64,000 nucleotides of DNA from Thermodesulfobacteriota bacterium (GTDB lineage: Bacteria; Desulfobacterota; BSN033; UBA1163). The notes under the pieces were generated by a model that saw only the letters and a program-made list of their open reading frames with translations, ran no database searches and was not told the origin of the DNA. Shown in pieces: positions 17,903 through 27,560 of the stretch (positions within the stretch are counted from its first letter, which is position 1; every line of letters starts with the position of its first letter). The stretch is from positions 1,824 through 65,823 of the forward strand of contig JASEHH010000007.1 of NCBI GenBank assembly GCA_030017685.1, read 5' to 3'. The position numbers and the translations under genes were made by a program.

Positions 17903-19162
17903 ATGATTCAAATCAGACCGCTTGCTGATCTTGATGCAACCGTGACTATTCCGGGGTCAAAAAGCTTTACCCACCGGGCTCTCATCGTCTCTGCTTTGGG
18001 AGAGGGGGAGTCTGTTTTGATCCATGCCCTAAGAAGTGAGGATACGGAATATACAGTCCAAGCATTGAAAAGACTCGGAATTCAAATCTTCCTGGAAGGA
18101 GACCGGTTACATGTTCTTGGAGAAGGGGGGAGGCTGAAGCAAGAGGAAGGGGAAATTTTTATCGGTAACTCCGGGACCTCCATGAGGTTTTTAACGGCGT
18201 TGGTTGCCCTTAAGAAGGGGACCACTCTGCTGGATGGGAACGAACGGATGAGAAAACGACCCATGGCAGACCTCTTAGAGGGTTTGAGGGCATTAGGGGT
18301 CAAGGCCTATTTCAGAGAGGGGAATGACTGCCCTCCAGTGATGATCGAATCACAGGGACTCCTTGGAGGAAAGGCGACCATCCGGGGAGAAGAGAGCAGT
18401 CAGTTTCTATCCGGCCTCCTCATGGTGGCTCCCTATGCCCAGGAGGATGTTACCCTGGAAGTAACGGGTCACTTGGCTTCCAGGCCATATGTGGACATCA
18501 CCTGTGAGGTGATGAGAGACTTTGGCGTGAGAGTTCATCGCGATGGGAATCGATTTTTTTCTGTAAAGGCAGGACAGAGATATCATCCCCGGCGATACTT
18601 CGTCGAGGGAGATGCCTCCCACGCCTCCTATTTTTTTTCAGCAGCGGCGGTGACGAGAGGCAAGGTCAGGGTTAAAAACTTTCGTCCAGATTCGATCCAG
18701 GGAGATTCAGGCTTTCTCAATATCCTTGAAAGGATGGGGTGCGAAGTCCTCCGGGGAGATGAGTGGGCCGAAGTTCACGGCAAGGAACTGAAAGGAATAG
18801 AGGTTGATATGAATGAGATGCCTGATCTGGTTCCAACCCTTGCAGTCACCTCGGCATTTGCTTGTGGAAAGACGTTGATCAAGAATATCGGCCATCTCCG
18901 TCTCAAGGAATCGGATCGTATCGGGGTGTTGGCCAGGGAGCTGAGCCGGATTGGAATTCAAGTAGAAGAGGGAGAGGACTGGCTGAAGATCGAAGGCGGA
19001 AGAGGTCATGGAGCGGAGATCGACCCCCATAACGACCACCGCATCGCCATGAGCTTTGCCATCGCAGGACTGGTCATCCCTGGAATAAGGATTAAAGAAC
19101 CCCAATGTGTGAAGAAATCTTTTCCAGATTTTTGGGAAGTTTTTGGGAGGCTTTACCTATGA
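17903..19162 (+). CDS. aroA: 3-phosphoshikimate 1-carboxyvinyltransferase (EPSP synthase)
   Basis: TVTIPGSKSFTHRALIVSAL and LGNSGTSMRFL motifs. An alternative GTG start lies at 17891. Confidence 0.9.
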   Translation: MIQIRPLADLDATVTIPGSKSFTHRALIVSALGEGESVLIHALRSEDTEYTVQALKRLGIQIFLEGDRLHVLGEGGRLKQEEGEIFIGNSGTSMRFLTALVALKKGTTLLDGNERMRKRPMADLLEGLRALGVKAYFREGNDCPPVMIESQGLLGGKATIRGEESSQFLSGLLMVAPYAQEDVTLEVTGHLASRPYVDITCEVMRDFGVRVHRDGNRFFSVKAGQRYHPRRYFVEGDASHASYFFSAAAVTRGKVRVKNFRPDSIQGDSGFLNILERMGCEVLRGDEWAEVHGKELKGIEVDMNEMPDLVPTLAVTSAFACGKTLIKNIGHLRLKESDRIGVLARELSRIGIQVEEGEDWLKIEGGRGHGAEIDPHNDHRIAMSFAIAGLVIPGIRIKEPQCVKKSFPDFWEVFGRLYL

Positions 19163-19689
19163 ACCTTGTCTTAATCGGATTCAGGGCCGCAGGGAAAACC
19201 ACGGTGGGCAGAAGACTGTCGGCTTACCTGCGAAGGGTGTTTGTGGATTCAGATGATATGATTGAGAAACACCAGGGGACGACTATCAAAGATATTGTGG
19301 AAGGTCATGGATGGGACTATTTCAGAGCTATTGAGAGAGAAGTCATTTCGGAAGTTTCAAACGATGACAATCTGATTATTTCTGCAGGTGGAGGCGTGGT
19401 CATCGATCCCAAGAATGTAAATGCCCTAAGAAAGAAGGGCTTCATCATCTGGTTAAAGGCAGATGTTGAAGTCCTCCTGAGACGAATGGCTCAAGATCAT
19501 CGGACAATGACAGGAAGACCCAGTCTTACAGGAAAGGATTGCTTAAAAGAGTTCAGGGAGGTGCTCATCCAACGGGAACCACTCTACGAAAGGGCTTCAG
19601 AAGTCCAGGTGGATACATCGCTGTTGGATGTGGATGGGGTGGTCCATCAGGTTCTCTCTATCTTTGAGGAAAGGCTGGTGAGGGTTTAA
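19159..19689 (+). CDS. aroK: shikimate kinase
   Basis: MNLVLIGFRAAGKTTVGRRLS carries the P-loop. Confidence 0.85.
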   Translation: MNLVLIGFRAAGKTTVGRRLSAYLRRVFVDSDDMIEKHQGTTIKDIVEGHGWDYFRAIEREVISEVSNDDNLIISAGGGVVIDPKNVNALRKKGFIIWLKADVEVLLRRMAQDHRTMTGRPSLTGKDCLKEFREVLIQREPLYERASEVQVDTSLLDVDGVVHQVLSIFEERLVRV

Positions 19690-19690
19690 T

Positions 19691-20749
19691 TTGGGAGGAA
19701 ATTCATTCGGAAATCTTTTTAGGATCACGACCTGGGGGGAGTCCCATGGAAAGGCATTGGGTGTGGTCATTGACGGGTGCCCGTCTGGAATGGAACTTTC
19801 TGAAGAAGAGATTCAGAAAGAGATGGATAGAAGACGCCCGGGCCAGGGCCTGGGATCAAGTTCCAGAAAGGAGAGAGATCGGATTGAGATCCTCTCCGGT
19901 GTCTTCAAAGGAAAGACGACGGGAACGCCCATTTTTCTTCTGGTGAGAAATGAGGATGTGGATTCCAGTCCTTATGAGGAATGGAAAGAGGTCTTCAGGC
20001 CCGGTCATGCTGATTTTACCTATCAGGCCAAATACGGAATCAGGGACTATCGGGGGGGAGGCAGGGCTTCGGCGAGGGAGACCGTAGGAAGGGTGGCGGC
20101 TGGAGCGATCGCCAAGAAAATCTTAGCCCAAGAGAAGATCAACATCCTTGCTTACACGTTAGAACTCGGGGGAATCCGTGCTGACAAGGTCAATCTTGGT
20201 GAGGTGGAGAAGAATTTGCTCCGTTGTCCTGACCCACAGGCCGCTCTCGCAATGGAACGGAAGATTGAAGAAGCGAAACTCGAGGGCGATACGCTCGGAG
20301 GCATTGTAGAGATTCTTGTCCTTGGATGTCCTCCCGGGTTGGGGGAGCCTGTCTTCGATAAATTGGAAGCCGATCTGGCCAAAGGGTTGCTGAGCATCGG
20401 AGCCATACGAGGCGTGGAAATAGGAGCCGGATTTAAGGCTGCCCGGATGCTTGGATCAGAGTGTAATGATCCCCTGGGGCCGGACGGGTTCGAAAAAAAC
20501 GATTCGGGTGGAATTTTAGGAGGAATATCGAATGGAGAGGATATCCTGCTCCGAGTAGCCGTGAAGCCCATTCCCTCTATCTCGATGAAGCAAAAAACTG
20601 TGGATCATTCCATGAAGCCTGTGTCACTGCAAATCAAGGGGCGGCATGATGTTTCAGCCATCCCACGAATTAATTCTGTCTGTGAGGCCATGGTGGCCAT
20701 TGTTCTGGTCGATCATTTACTCCGGCAGAAAGCAATCGGGAGGACATGA
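19691..20749 (+). CDS. aroC: chorismate synthase (TTG start)
   Basis: FGNLFRITTWGESHG and RPGHADFTYQAKYG signature motifs. Confidence 0.9.
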   Translation: MGGNSFGNLFRITTWGESHGKALGVVIDGCPSGMELSEEEIQKEMDRRRPGQGLGSSSRKERDRIEILSGVFKGKTTGTPIFLLVRNEDVDSSPYEEWKEVFRPGHADFTYQAKYGIRDYRGGGRASARETVGRVAAGAIAKKILAQEKINILAYTLELGGIRADKVNLGEVEKNLLRCPDPQAALAMERKIEEAKLEGDTLGGIVEILVLGCPPGLGEPVFDKLEADLAKGLLSIGAIRGVEIGAGFKAARMLGSECNDPLGPDGFEKNDSGGILGGISNGEDILLRVAVKPIPSISMKQKTVDHSMKPVSLQIKGRHDVSAIPRINSVCEAMVAIVLVDHLLRQKAIGRT

Positions 20750-21828
20750 AGATGGGAAGGCAAGATAGGATTCAAGACCTTCGACAGAGGATTGATGCTT
20801 TAGACAGACAAATCCTCCACCTTTTGAATGAGCGGGCAGAGATAGTATTGGAGGTGGGGAAGGTGAAATTAGAAGAAAAAATAGGCTCCTATGACCCTGA
20901 TCGGGAGGCGGAGATTCTGCGACACCTCATTCAAGAACATTCCGGACCCTTTCCGAAGCAGGCCATTGTTCCAGTCTTTCGAGAGATCGTCTCAGCCTGT
21001 CGCCTCCTTGAAAGGAAATTAGCAGTTATCTATCTGGGGCCTCCTGCCAGCCATACCCATCAGGCCTGTGTCAAACATTTCGGGATCTCTATAGAGGCGA
21101 TCTCCAGTGAGAACATTTGGGACATCTTTGAAAGCGTGGAAAAGGAGAAAGTGGATTTTGGTATAGTGCCCATTGAAAATTCCACCGAAGGGGTCGTGAA
21201 CCAGACCTTAGACATGTTTATTGGATCTGAGGTTAAAATCTGGGGTGAGATCATGGTTCAGATTTCCCACGACCTTCTCTCAAAAAGCGGGAGGTGCCAA
21301 GACATTCGAAAAATAGTTTCCCATCCTTCAGCCCTCGCACAGTGCAGGGAATGGTTGAGAAAAAACTTTCCCGAGGTTGAGAAGGTGGAAACGGCCAGCA
21401 CGGCAAAGGCTGCCCAACTCGCCGTGCAGGACAAGGCTGTTGCAGCGGTTGCCGGTTCCCTTGCCGCCCGACTCTATGGCCTAAAGGTGATTGAATCAAA
21501 AATTGAAGATCACCTCCAGAATTATACGCGCTTCCTGATTCTCAGCCACCAGTTCAGGGAGAAGACAGGAAGGGATAGGACATCGATTCTTTTTTCGATT
21601 CCACATTCTCCGGGCTCCCTCTTCCGGGTGCTTAAACCCTTTGATGAGAGGAAGATTAATCTGACCAAGATCGAATCGCGACCTGTCAAAAATAAGCCAT
21701 GGGAATATATCTTCTTTTTAGATTTTGAGGGCCATGTCTCAGACGCTCACATTCACGAGACCTTGAAGGAGATGGAAGATAAAGTCCTTTTTATGAAGTT
21801 TCTGGGCTCTTACCCCAGGAACGCATAA
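20746..21828 (+). CDS. pheA: bifunctional chorismate mutase / prephenate dehydratase (P-protein) with C-terminal ACT domain
   Basis: N-terminal chorismate-mutase helix (LRQRIDALDRQILHLLNERAEI), PDT domain (AVIYLGPPASHTHQA...TRF) and ACT domain (TSILFSIPHSPGSLFRVL). Confidence 0.85.
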   Translation: MKMGRQDRIQDLRQRIDALDRQILHLLNERAEIVLEVGKVKLEEKIGSYDPDREAEILRHLIQEHSGPFPKQAIVPVFREIVSACRLLERKLAVIYLGPPASHTHQACVKHFGISIEAISSENIWDIFESVEKEKVDFGIVPIENSTEGVVNQTLDMFIGSEVKIWGEIMVQISHDLLSKSGRCQDIRKIVSHPSALAQCREWLRKNFPEVEKVETASTAKAAQLAVQDKAVAAVAGSLAARLYGLKVIESKIEDHLQNYTRFLILSHQFREKTGRDRTSILFSIPHSPGSLFRVLKPFDERKINLTKIESRPVKNKPWEYIFFLDFEGHVSDAHIHETLKEMEDKVLFMKFLGSYPRNA

Positions 21829-21865
21829 GAGCGAAAAGGGTGAGAGCCAATTTCGTGATGACAGA

Positions 21866-23551
21866 ATGGACTCCACCCTAAATCTTCCTCCGCTGGCCCG
21901 CCTGCCCCTGTGGATTTGGGATTCCCATGGATTTCTATCACAGGAAAAAAGATGTCTACGGAGGTCGAAAACGGTGAAATCAGAAGTTACGGGGATGGGG
22001 GAAAGGGTTAAGAGGGCGCGAATCGGCCTCAAGGATATGCTGACACTTGTGGATGTGACCCTTGAAGATCAGTTATGGGGTTCTGAGCACCTCTTCCCTT
22101 ATGATGTCTTCGAAGGGCTCCATGAGTTAATGGCGAGGACGATCCATGGAACGAAGATAGAGCGTTCCAGGCCAAAAAGCGGTAGTCAACCCTTTCACAC
22201 CTTCGAGATCCATACGGAAGAAGGGGATACCCTTGGCTATCTCAATATGATTTTTCTCAGAAAACCCATCCCCTGTTATTATTTGGTTTATGTGGAGGTC
22301 CTGGCTTCCTTTCGTGGCCGGGGACTGGGCAATAAGATCCTCAAGGCCTTCAAGGAGTTTGTGGAGAATAAAGAGGCCATGGGGCTTCTGGATAACATCA
22401 TTCCGAACGATGAACCGACCTACGATATTTATTCAAAACTCGGCTGGAAGGATATCGAAGAATGGATCGGCGAAAGCGTGGTCAATGGCGAGAGACACTA
22501 CATGGTCTTCATCCCAGCCTCCCTGGAATCCCTTGACCTGAGAGGCAGGTTGATCAAACTCCTGTTCAAAGTGAAGAAGAAGAGACCGATCATCGACATG
22601 CATGATAACGAGTCCATGGTCAGACGAACGATCTCCGAATTTCGATCGGTGTACGAAACCCTAAAGCACCTCTTCGATTTAGAGCTCTCAACCGGGACCC
22701 CAACACCATTTATGCGTTTCATGTTTACCAAGTTCATCACGAAAGTGCTTGGGTTCAGAAGGCGGATTACCACACTCCTCGGCTATACTGGCGGAGAGTC
22801 CCTTGATCAGATCTCCCTCTCGGAGCAAATCAAATCTCTTCCCCTTCAATCCTATTCTCTGTGGAGTTCGAAGGAAGGGCAGGCTGACCTATGGGGAGAG
22901 GAAAGAGTCATTCGGAACCTGCCCGAGGAGCTAAAAAGGGAACCTACCCTTTATATCGAGAGTCTCTTCTTCTATCGGAGGCCTTATCTCTCTTCCTGGT
23001 TTAGGGAAAAAGAAAAAGGAGAATCTCTTAACTTGAAGATTGCCGATATCCTTGATCTAGGATTCGATCCCACAAGGTTAAGGGAGTTCCAGCATGAAGG
23101 GGTGGAGTATATCTTCGAAAGATCAACTCCTCTTTTTCTATCCTCTATTGAAAAAAGAAGGGGCTTTCTGCCTAAAATCGCCGGGCATACCTCAGGGATG
23201 CGTTTTCGCCATGCCACGGTTCAGGTCAATCCACCCCTTGTCATTCTACAGGACAAAGGGAACGTTTACATCCTCCGCAGGAAATTGGAGGGAATACACT
23301 TCGAGGAAGCACTGGATCAGTTGAGAACTTCCACCCATTTGAAAGAGATGAATCGTACAGGAAGGATCGACCAGGCGATGATCCTGACCGTCCAGGAGAT
23401 TAAAAAAGAACTGAGGAAAAGGTTTGGATCGAACTTCTATGAGGAAATTGAGGATTTAACCTTCTTCATCCCCTGGAATCTTGAAAGTAATATGCCGAGG
23501 GTCACCGTGGATACCGCAAGTATCTTTCTGGATACCCTATGGATTGCTTGA
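21866..23551 (+). CDS. hypothetical protein with a GNAT-acetyltransferase-like segment (FRGRGLGNKIL) plus a large uncharacterised C-terminal region; start uncertain
   Basis: A 561-aa ORF. Only the acetyl-CoA-binding R-x-x-G-x-G motif was recognised. Confidence 0.45.
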   Translation: MDSTLNLPPLARLPLWIWDSHGFLSQEKRCLRRSKTVKSEVTGMGERVKRARIGLKDMLTLVDVTLEDQLWGSEHLFPYDVFEGLHELMARTIHGTKIERSRPKSGSQPFHTFEIHTEEGDTLGYLNMIFLRKPIPCYYLVYVEVLASFRGRGLGNKILKAFKEFVENKEAMGLLDNIIPNDEPTYDIYSKLGWKDIEEWIGESVVNGERHYMVFIPASLESLDLRGRLIKLLFKVKKKRPIIDMHDNESMVRRTISEFRSVYETLKHLFDLELSTGTPTPFMRFMFTKFITKVLGFRRRITTLLGYTGGESLDQISLSEQIKSLPLQSYSLWSSKEGQADLWGEERVIRNLPEELKREPTLYIESLFFYRRPYLSSWFREKEKGESLNLKIADILDLGFDPTRLREFQHEGVEYIFERSTPLFLSSIEKRRGFLPKIAGHTSGMRFRHATVQVNPPLVILQDKGNVYILRRKLEGIHFEEALDQLRTSTHLKEMNRTGRIDQAMILTVQEIKKELRKRFGSNFYEEIEDLTFFIPWNLESNMPRVTVDTASIFLDTLWIA

Positions 23552-23603
23552 AGGTTAACCTGCCAGTTGACCGAAAATTGAAGCAATAATAAGGTTAAAT
23601 CGA

Positions 23604-24767
23604 ATGGATTCAGTCGTCATCGTTTTAAAAGGAAAGGATCCGTATCTCACGACAAAAAAGGCACTTCAACAATTCCCCTTGCCGAATTTGAAGGGAAGAA
23701 GGGCCTTGATAAAACCGAATGCGGCTCGGTTGGCCGTCCCCGGTGAAGGAGTGACAACACATCCCGGGGTGGTTGAAGCCACGATCGATCATCTGAAAGA
23801 AAAAGGAGCAGGTGAGATTGCGATCGGTGAGAGTTGTATCTTTGGAGTGGATCCAGAGCAGGCCTTCCGGGCAACCGGCATGAAGGAGGTTTCGGAAAAA
23901 AAGAGGGTTGAACTCATACATTTAGACCGGGTTGCCCCGATGGAAATCAAAATCCCTGGAGGAAAGGTTCTAAAGAGCATTAGAGTGCCTGCCATCTTAA
24001 AAAAATTCGATTTCATCATCTCAATCCCTGTGATGAAAACCCACATGCATACCCGGGTTACATTAAGCATTAAAAATATGAAGGGGTTATTATGGCGAAG
24101 GGAGAAGGCAAGGCTACATCAACTCCGATGCAATGGGAAAGTTGCTCAAGGGGATAAGGCCCTGGATATTGCCATATCCGATATGGCCTCGGTCTTATTT
24201 CCCCATTTGGCCATCATCGATGGGACAACAGGACTGGAGGGAATGGGACCTGCTTATGGAAGAAAGAAAGAGGCGGGGCTTATCGTTTTAGGGAATGACC
24301 CCGTTTCCGCAGATGCTGTAGCCACACGACTGATGGGGTTTCCCCCGGAAGAAGTACCTCATCTAAGATTGTTAGCAGAAAGGGGACTGGGTGAAATCCA
24401 ATTTTCAAACATTTCAATCAAACCGGGGGATTTTTTAAAGTGGGAGACACATTTTGAGCTTCCACCTTCCAAACTCTCTTTCTCCTTTCCCGATGTCGTG
24501 ATTCACGATGAAGGATCATGCAGTGCCTGTCTTTCAACATTATTTGTTCTTCTTCATCGTTACAAGGATTTGCTTACTCCCCACCGCTTAGGGGATAATA
24601 AAATTCACATTGGCATTGGAAAACATCTGGAGAATATTTCCAGAGGGACGATCTTGATAGGTAACTGTACCCATAAGATGAAAAAGAGGGGCACCTTTGT
24701 CAAGGGATGCCCTCCTGTGGCTTCCGAGGTCCTGAGGTTATTATCCTCATTGGGTGTTTATGTTTAA
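23604..24767 (+). CDS. DUF362 domain protein
   Basis: 387 aa. Its layout (IKPNA...G..THP.VV...KTH....T...KN.KG) is typical of DUF362. Confidence 0.6.
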   Translation: MDSVVIVLKGKDPYLTTKKALQQFPLPNLKGRRALIKPNAARLAVPGEGVTTHPGVVEATIDHLKEKGAGEIAIGESCIFGVDPEQAFRATGMKEVSEKKRVELIHLDRVAPMEIKIPGGKVLKSIRVPAILKKFDFIISIPVMKTHMHTRVTLSIKNMKGLLWRREKARLHQLRCNGKVAQGDKALDIAISDMASVLFPHLAIIDGTTGLEGMGPAYGRKKEAGLIVLGNDPVSADAVATRLMGFPPEEVPHLRLLAERGLGEIQFSNISIKPGDFLKWETHFELPPSKLSFSFPDVVIHDEGSCSACLSTLFVLLHRYKDLLTPHRLGDNKIHIGIGKHLENISRGTILIGNCTHKMKKRGTFVKGCPPVASEVLRLLSSLGVYV

Positions 24768-24780
24768 GGAGGTGCCCTTT

Positions 24781-25815
24781 ATGATTTTTGATAGGCTTTC
24801 CGAGCGGGGGACAAGGTTCCTGAATGTAAAATACCCGATCATTTCAGGAGGGATGACCTGGGTGAGCAATGTGGCTCTCGTGAAGGCTGTTAGCCAGCAT
24901 GGGGTTTTCCCCGTTCTTGCAGGAGGGAATTTGCCACCTGATGCTTTTGAAAAGGAGGTGGATCAATGTCTTCAGGAACTGACCGGACCGTTCGCTGTGA
25001 ATCTGATCACCATTGCCCCAAATTATAAGACGCAGTTTGAAATTCTCCTTTCAAAAAAAGTTCCTTTTGTTGTTTTCGCTGGAGGTATTCCGCGGAAGGT
25101 GGATATCGAGCGAATGAAAAAGGTTGGCAAAAAAACCATGTCCTTTGCCTCGGATGAATCCATTGCCTCACAACAAATCCGTTTCGGTATCGATGCGCTC
25201 CTTCTCGAAGGAAGCGAGGCAGGAGGCCACATTGGCCATGTCTCACTGGTCATCCTTTTACAGCAGGTGCTTTTCCGATTCGATCAGGTTCCGGTTTTCG
25301 TTGCCGGCGGAATTGCGATAGGCAGGATGGTCGCCCATCTTTTGCTGATGGGTGCGGCGGGTTGCCAGCTCGGAACGAGATTTGCGATGAGTGAGGAGTG
25401 CACCGCACACCCGGATTTCAAAAAGACTCTCATGAGGGCCCGCGCCCGACAAGCCATCGCCACACCGCAATATGATTCCAAACTTCCTGTTGTCGCCGTC
25501 CGGGCCATCAAGAACAAAGGGACAGAGGATTTCGGGAGGCTCCAGTTGAGACTCCTCAGAGAACTTGAAGAAGGAAAGATCAGCCGGGAAAAAGCCCAGT
25601 ATGAGGTTGAAAATTTCTGGATGGGTGCGCTTCGGCGGGCAGTGGTCGAAGGAGATGTTGACCATGGATCATTAATGGTGGGACAGAGTGTGGGGTTGAT
25701 TCGCGAAATCTTGCCCATGAGAGATATCGTCGAAAACCTTGTCAGAGAGGCCGAAGAAGAATTGATAAGAATAAAGGAAGGGTTGGATGGAAAATTAGCC
25801 CACGAAACTTCTTGA
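24781..25815 (+). CDS. nitronate monooxygenase / FabK-like (NPD family) FMN oxidoreductase
   Basis: ATG after RBS AAGGAGG. YPIISGGMTWVSNVALVKAVSQHG and GSEAGGHIG motifs. Confidence 0.7.
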   Translation: MIFDRLSERGTRFLNVKYPIISGGMTWVSNVALVKAVSQHGVFPVLAGGNLPPDAFEKEVDQCLQELTGPFAVNLITIAPNYKTQFEILLSKKVPFVVFAGGIPRKVDIERMKKVGKKTMSFASDESIASQQIRFGIDALLLEGSEAGGHIGHVSLVILLQQVLFRFDQVPVFVAGGIAIGRMVAHLLLMGAAGCQLGTRFAMSEECTAHPDFKKTLMRARARQAIATPQYDSKLPVVAVRAIKNKGTEDFGRLQLRLLRELEEGKISREKAQYEVENFWMGALRRAVVEGDVDHGSLMVGQSVGLIREILPMRDIVENLVREAEEELIRIKEGLDGKLAHETS

Positions 25816-25840
25816 CAAGAAATTTGGGATGAGTTAAAGA
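25812..25840 (+). promoter_or_regulatory. putative trp operon promoter (TTGACA, 17 nt, TAAAGA) sharing spacer motif AAATTTGGG with the aro promoter
   Basis: See the 14265-14293 entry. The -35 hexamer overlaps the stop codon of the upstream gene. Confidence 0.4.
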
Positions 25841-25887
25841 AGTACTACTTTAATGGAGCATGTAACGTGAAGACTACCTTTGGATTG

Positions 25888-25950
25888 ATGAATAATAGCT
25901 GGTGGTGCTGGGCGAAAAAAGAGGAGGAGGTCTGTCCGGTGCCACAATAA
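25888..25950 (+). CDS. trpL: trp leader peptide MNNSWWCWAKKEEEVCPVPQ (three Trp codons)
   Basis: A 20-codon ORF located between the putative promoter and a terminator hairpin, 130 nt upstream of trpE. Weak SD (GGA). Confidence 0.5.
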   Translation: MNNSWWCWAKKEEEVCPVPQ

Positions 25951-25979
25951 CCATTTGAATCGAAAGTAAAGGCCATGGA

Positions 25980-26027
25980 CAGCTTCTCTCTTGCTCCCAT
26001 GGCCTTTTTTGTTTTTTAGGGAATATC
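25980..26027 (+). terminator. intrinsic terminator / attenuator hairpin (GGCCATGG..CCATGGCC then TTTTTTGTTTTTT)
   Basis: An 8-9 bp GC-rich stem followed by two U-runs. Confidence 0.6.
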
Positions 26028-26036
26028 AACCTTAAC

Positions 26037-26066
26037 CTCAACCTCAACCTCAACCTTTTTATTCAT
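26037..26066. repeat. hexanucleotide tandem repeat (CAACCT)x5 with one TAACCT variant, followed by TTTTT
   Basis: Read directly, 16 bp upstream of the trpE start. Confidence 0.8.
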
Positions 26067-26081
26067 CCTGGAGGATTAACC

Positions 26082-27560
26082 GTGGCGACTCCATCTTTAG
26101 AAGATTTTAAGAGACTGGCTGCTCAGGGCAACCTCATTCCCATCTTTAAGGAGGTTCACTTTGACTGGGAGACACCCCTCTCAGCATTCCGGAAGATCGA
26201 CGATGGAAAGTTTTCTTTCCTCCTCGAAAGCGCAGAAGGAGGGGAGAAATGGGGCCGATACAGTTTTCTTGGCTCAGGACCCTCTCTTCTCTTCCGAACA
26301 AAAGGAGAGGAGTTCGAAATCCTTAAGAATGGAGAGGTTCTTCGAGAGGGGAAGGATAAGGATCCGCTCCGTGCGCTGGAGGGTCTCCTGAAGCATTACC
26401 GTCCTGTTCTTCATGATTCCCTTCCACGTTTTTTCGGAGGAGCAGTTGGGTATGTCAATTATGATGTGGTCAGGTCTTTTGAGAAACTTCCGGAACAGCT
26501 CCCTCAGGACATAGGTCTTTATGACTCCTATTTCATGGTCACCGATACCCTGCTCGTCTTCGACAATGTGAAGCAGAAGGTCAAGGTGATTTCCAATACA
26601 TTCTTAGATGGCCAAAAACCCTTGGAAGAGGTCTACCGAGAAGCTCAGGAGAAGATTAAAAACATCATTGTCAAGATCCAAAGCCCAGCGCCCACTTCTC
26701 CCGTGCAAAAATTTTTCTCTCTCTCTTCTCTTCACTCAAACTTCAGCCGGGAAGATTTTATGAAAGGGGTGGAAAGGGCTAAGGAATATATTAAAGCGGG
26801 TGATGTTATTCAGGTGGTCCTCTCACAACGGTTCTCTACAGAGATCCATTGTCAGCCCTTTGATATCTATCGTGCCCTGAGGTCAATCAACCCTTCCCCT
26901 TATCTTTTTTATTTGAAGATGGATGATATTGTCCTTCTGGGGGCTTCACCCGAGGTGATGGTCCGTCTGGAAGACAGGCAGATTGAGCTCCGGCCACTCG
27001 CTGGAACTCGCAGAAGAGGAAGGACTGAGGAGGAAGATAGATCGATGGAAAGGGACCTACTGGCGGATGAGAAGGAAAGGGCGGAGCACATCATGCTGGT
27101 TGACCTTGGCCGAAATGACGTGGGCCGAGTAGCCGAGATCGGCTCGGTTGAAGTTACGGAATTGATGGGTGTGGAACGCTACTCCCACGTCATGCATATC
27201 GTCTCTCATATCCGTGGATCTCTGGCACAAGATAAAAACGCTTTCGACGTCTTCAGGGCAGCTTTTCCTGCCGGGACGGTATCCGGTTCCCCTAAGATTC
27301 GGGCCATGGAGATCATCGAGGAGCTGGAACCTGTCCGGCGCGGGCCTTACGCCGGAGCGGTGGGTTACTTCAGTTTTTCCGGAAACATGGACACCTGTAT
27401 CACGATTCGTTCCATTCTCATCAAAGACGGCAAGGCTTACGTCCAGGCAGGCGCAGGGATTGTCGCTGACTCGGATCCGGAGAAAGAATACGACGAGACC
27501 CTGAATAAGGCGCAGGCCGTCTTCAAGGCCATTCAACTTGCCGAGGAGGGATTGAGATGA
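26082..27560 (+). CDS. trpE: anthranilate synthase component I
   Basis: 492 aa with chorismate-binding domain motifs (LESAEGGEKWGRYSF, GAVGYFSFSGNMDTCITIR). Confidence 0.9.
   Translation: MATPSLEDFKRLAAQGNLIPIFKEVHFDWETPLSAFRKIDDGKFSFLLESAEGGEKWGRYSFLGSGPSLLFRTKGEEFEILKNGEVLREGKDKDPLRALEGLLKHYRPVLHDSLPRFFGGAVGYVNYDVVRSFEKLPEQLPQDIGLYDSYFMVTDTLLVFDNVKQKVKVISNTFLDGQKPLEEVYREAQEKIKNIIVKIQSPAPTSPVQKFFSLSSLHSNFSREDFMKGVERAKEYIKAGDVIQVVLSQRFSTEIHCQPFDIYRALRSINPSPYLFYLKMDDIVLLGASPEVMVRLEDRQIELRPLAGTRRRGRTEEEDRSMERDLLADEKERAEHIMLVDLGRNDVGRVAEIGSVEVTELMGVERYSHVMHIVSHIRGSLAQDKNAFDVFRAAFPAGTVSGSPKIRAMEIIEELEPVRRGPYAGAVGYFSFSGNMDTCITIRSILIKDGKAYVQAGAGIVADSDPEKEYDETLNKAQAVFKAIQLAEEGLR

Noticed and set aside
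26037-26066. CRISPR array
   Set aside because: Only a 6-nt unit repeated 5 times with no spacers. No CRISPR-like repeat-spacer architecture exists anywhere in the window.
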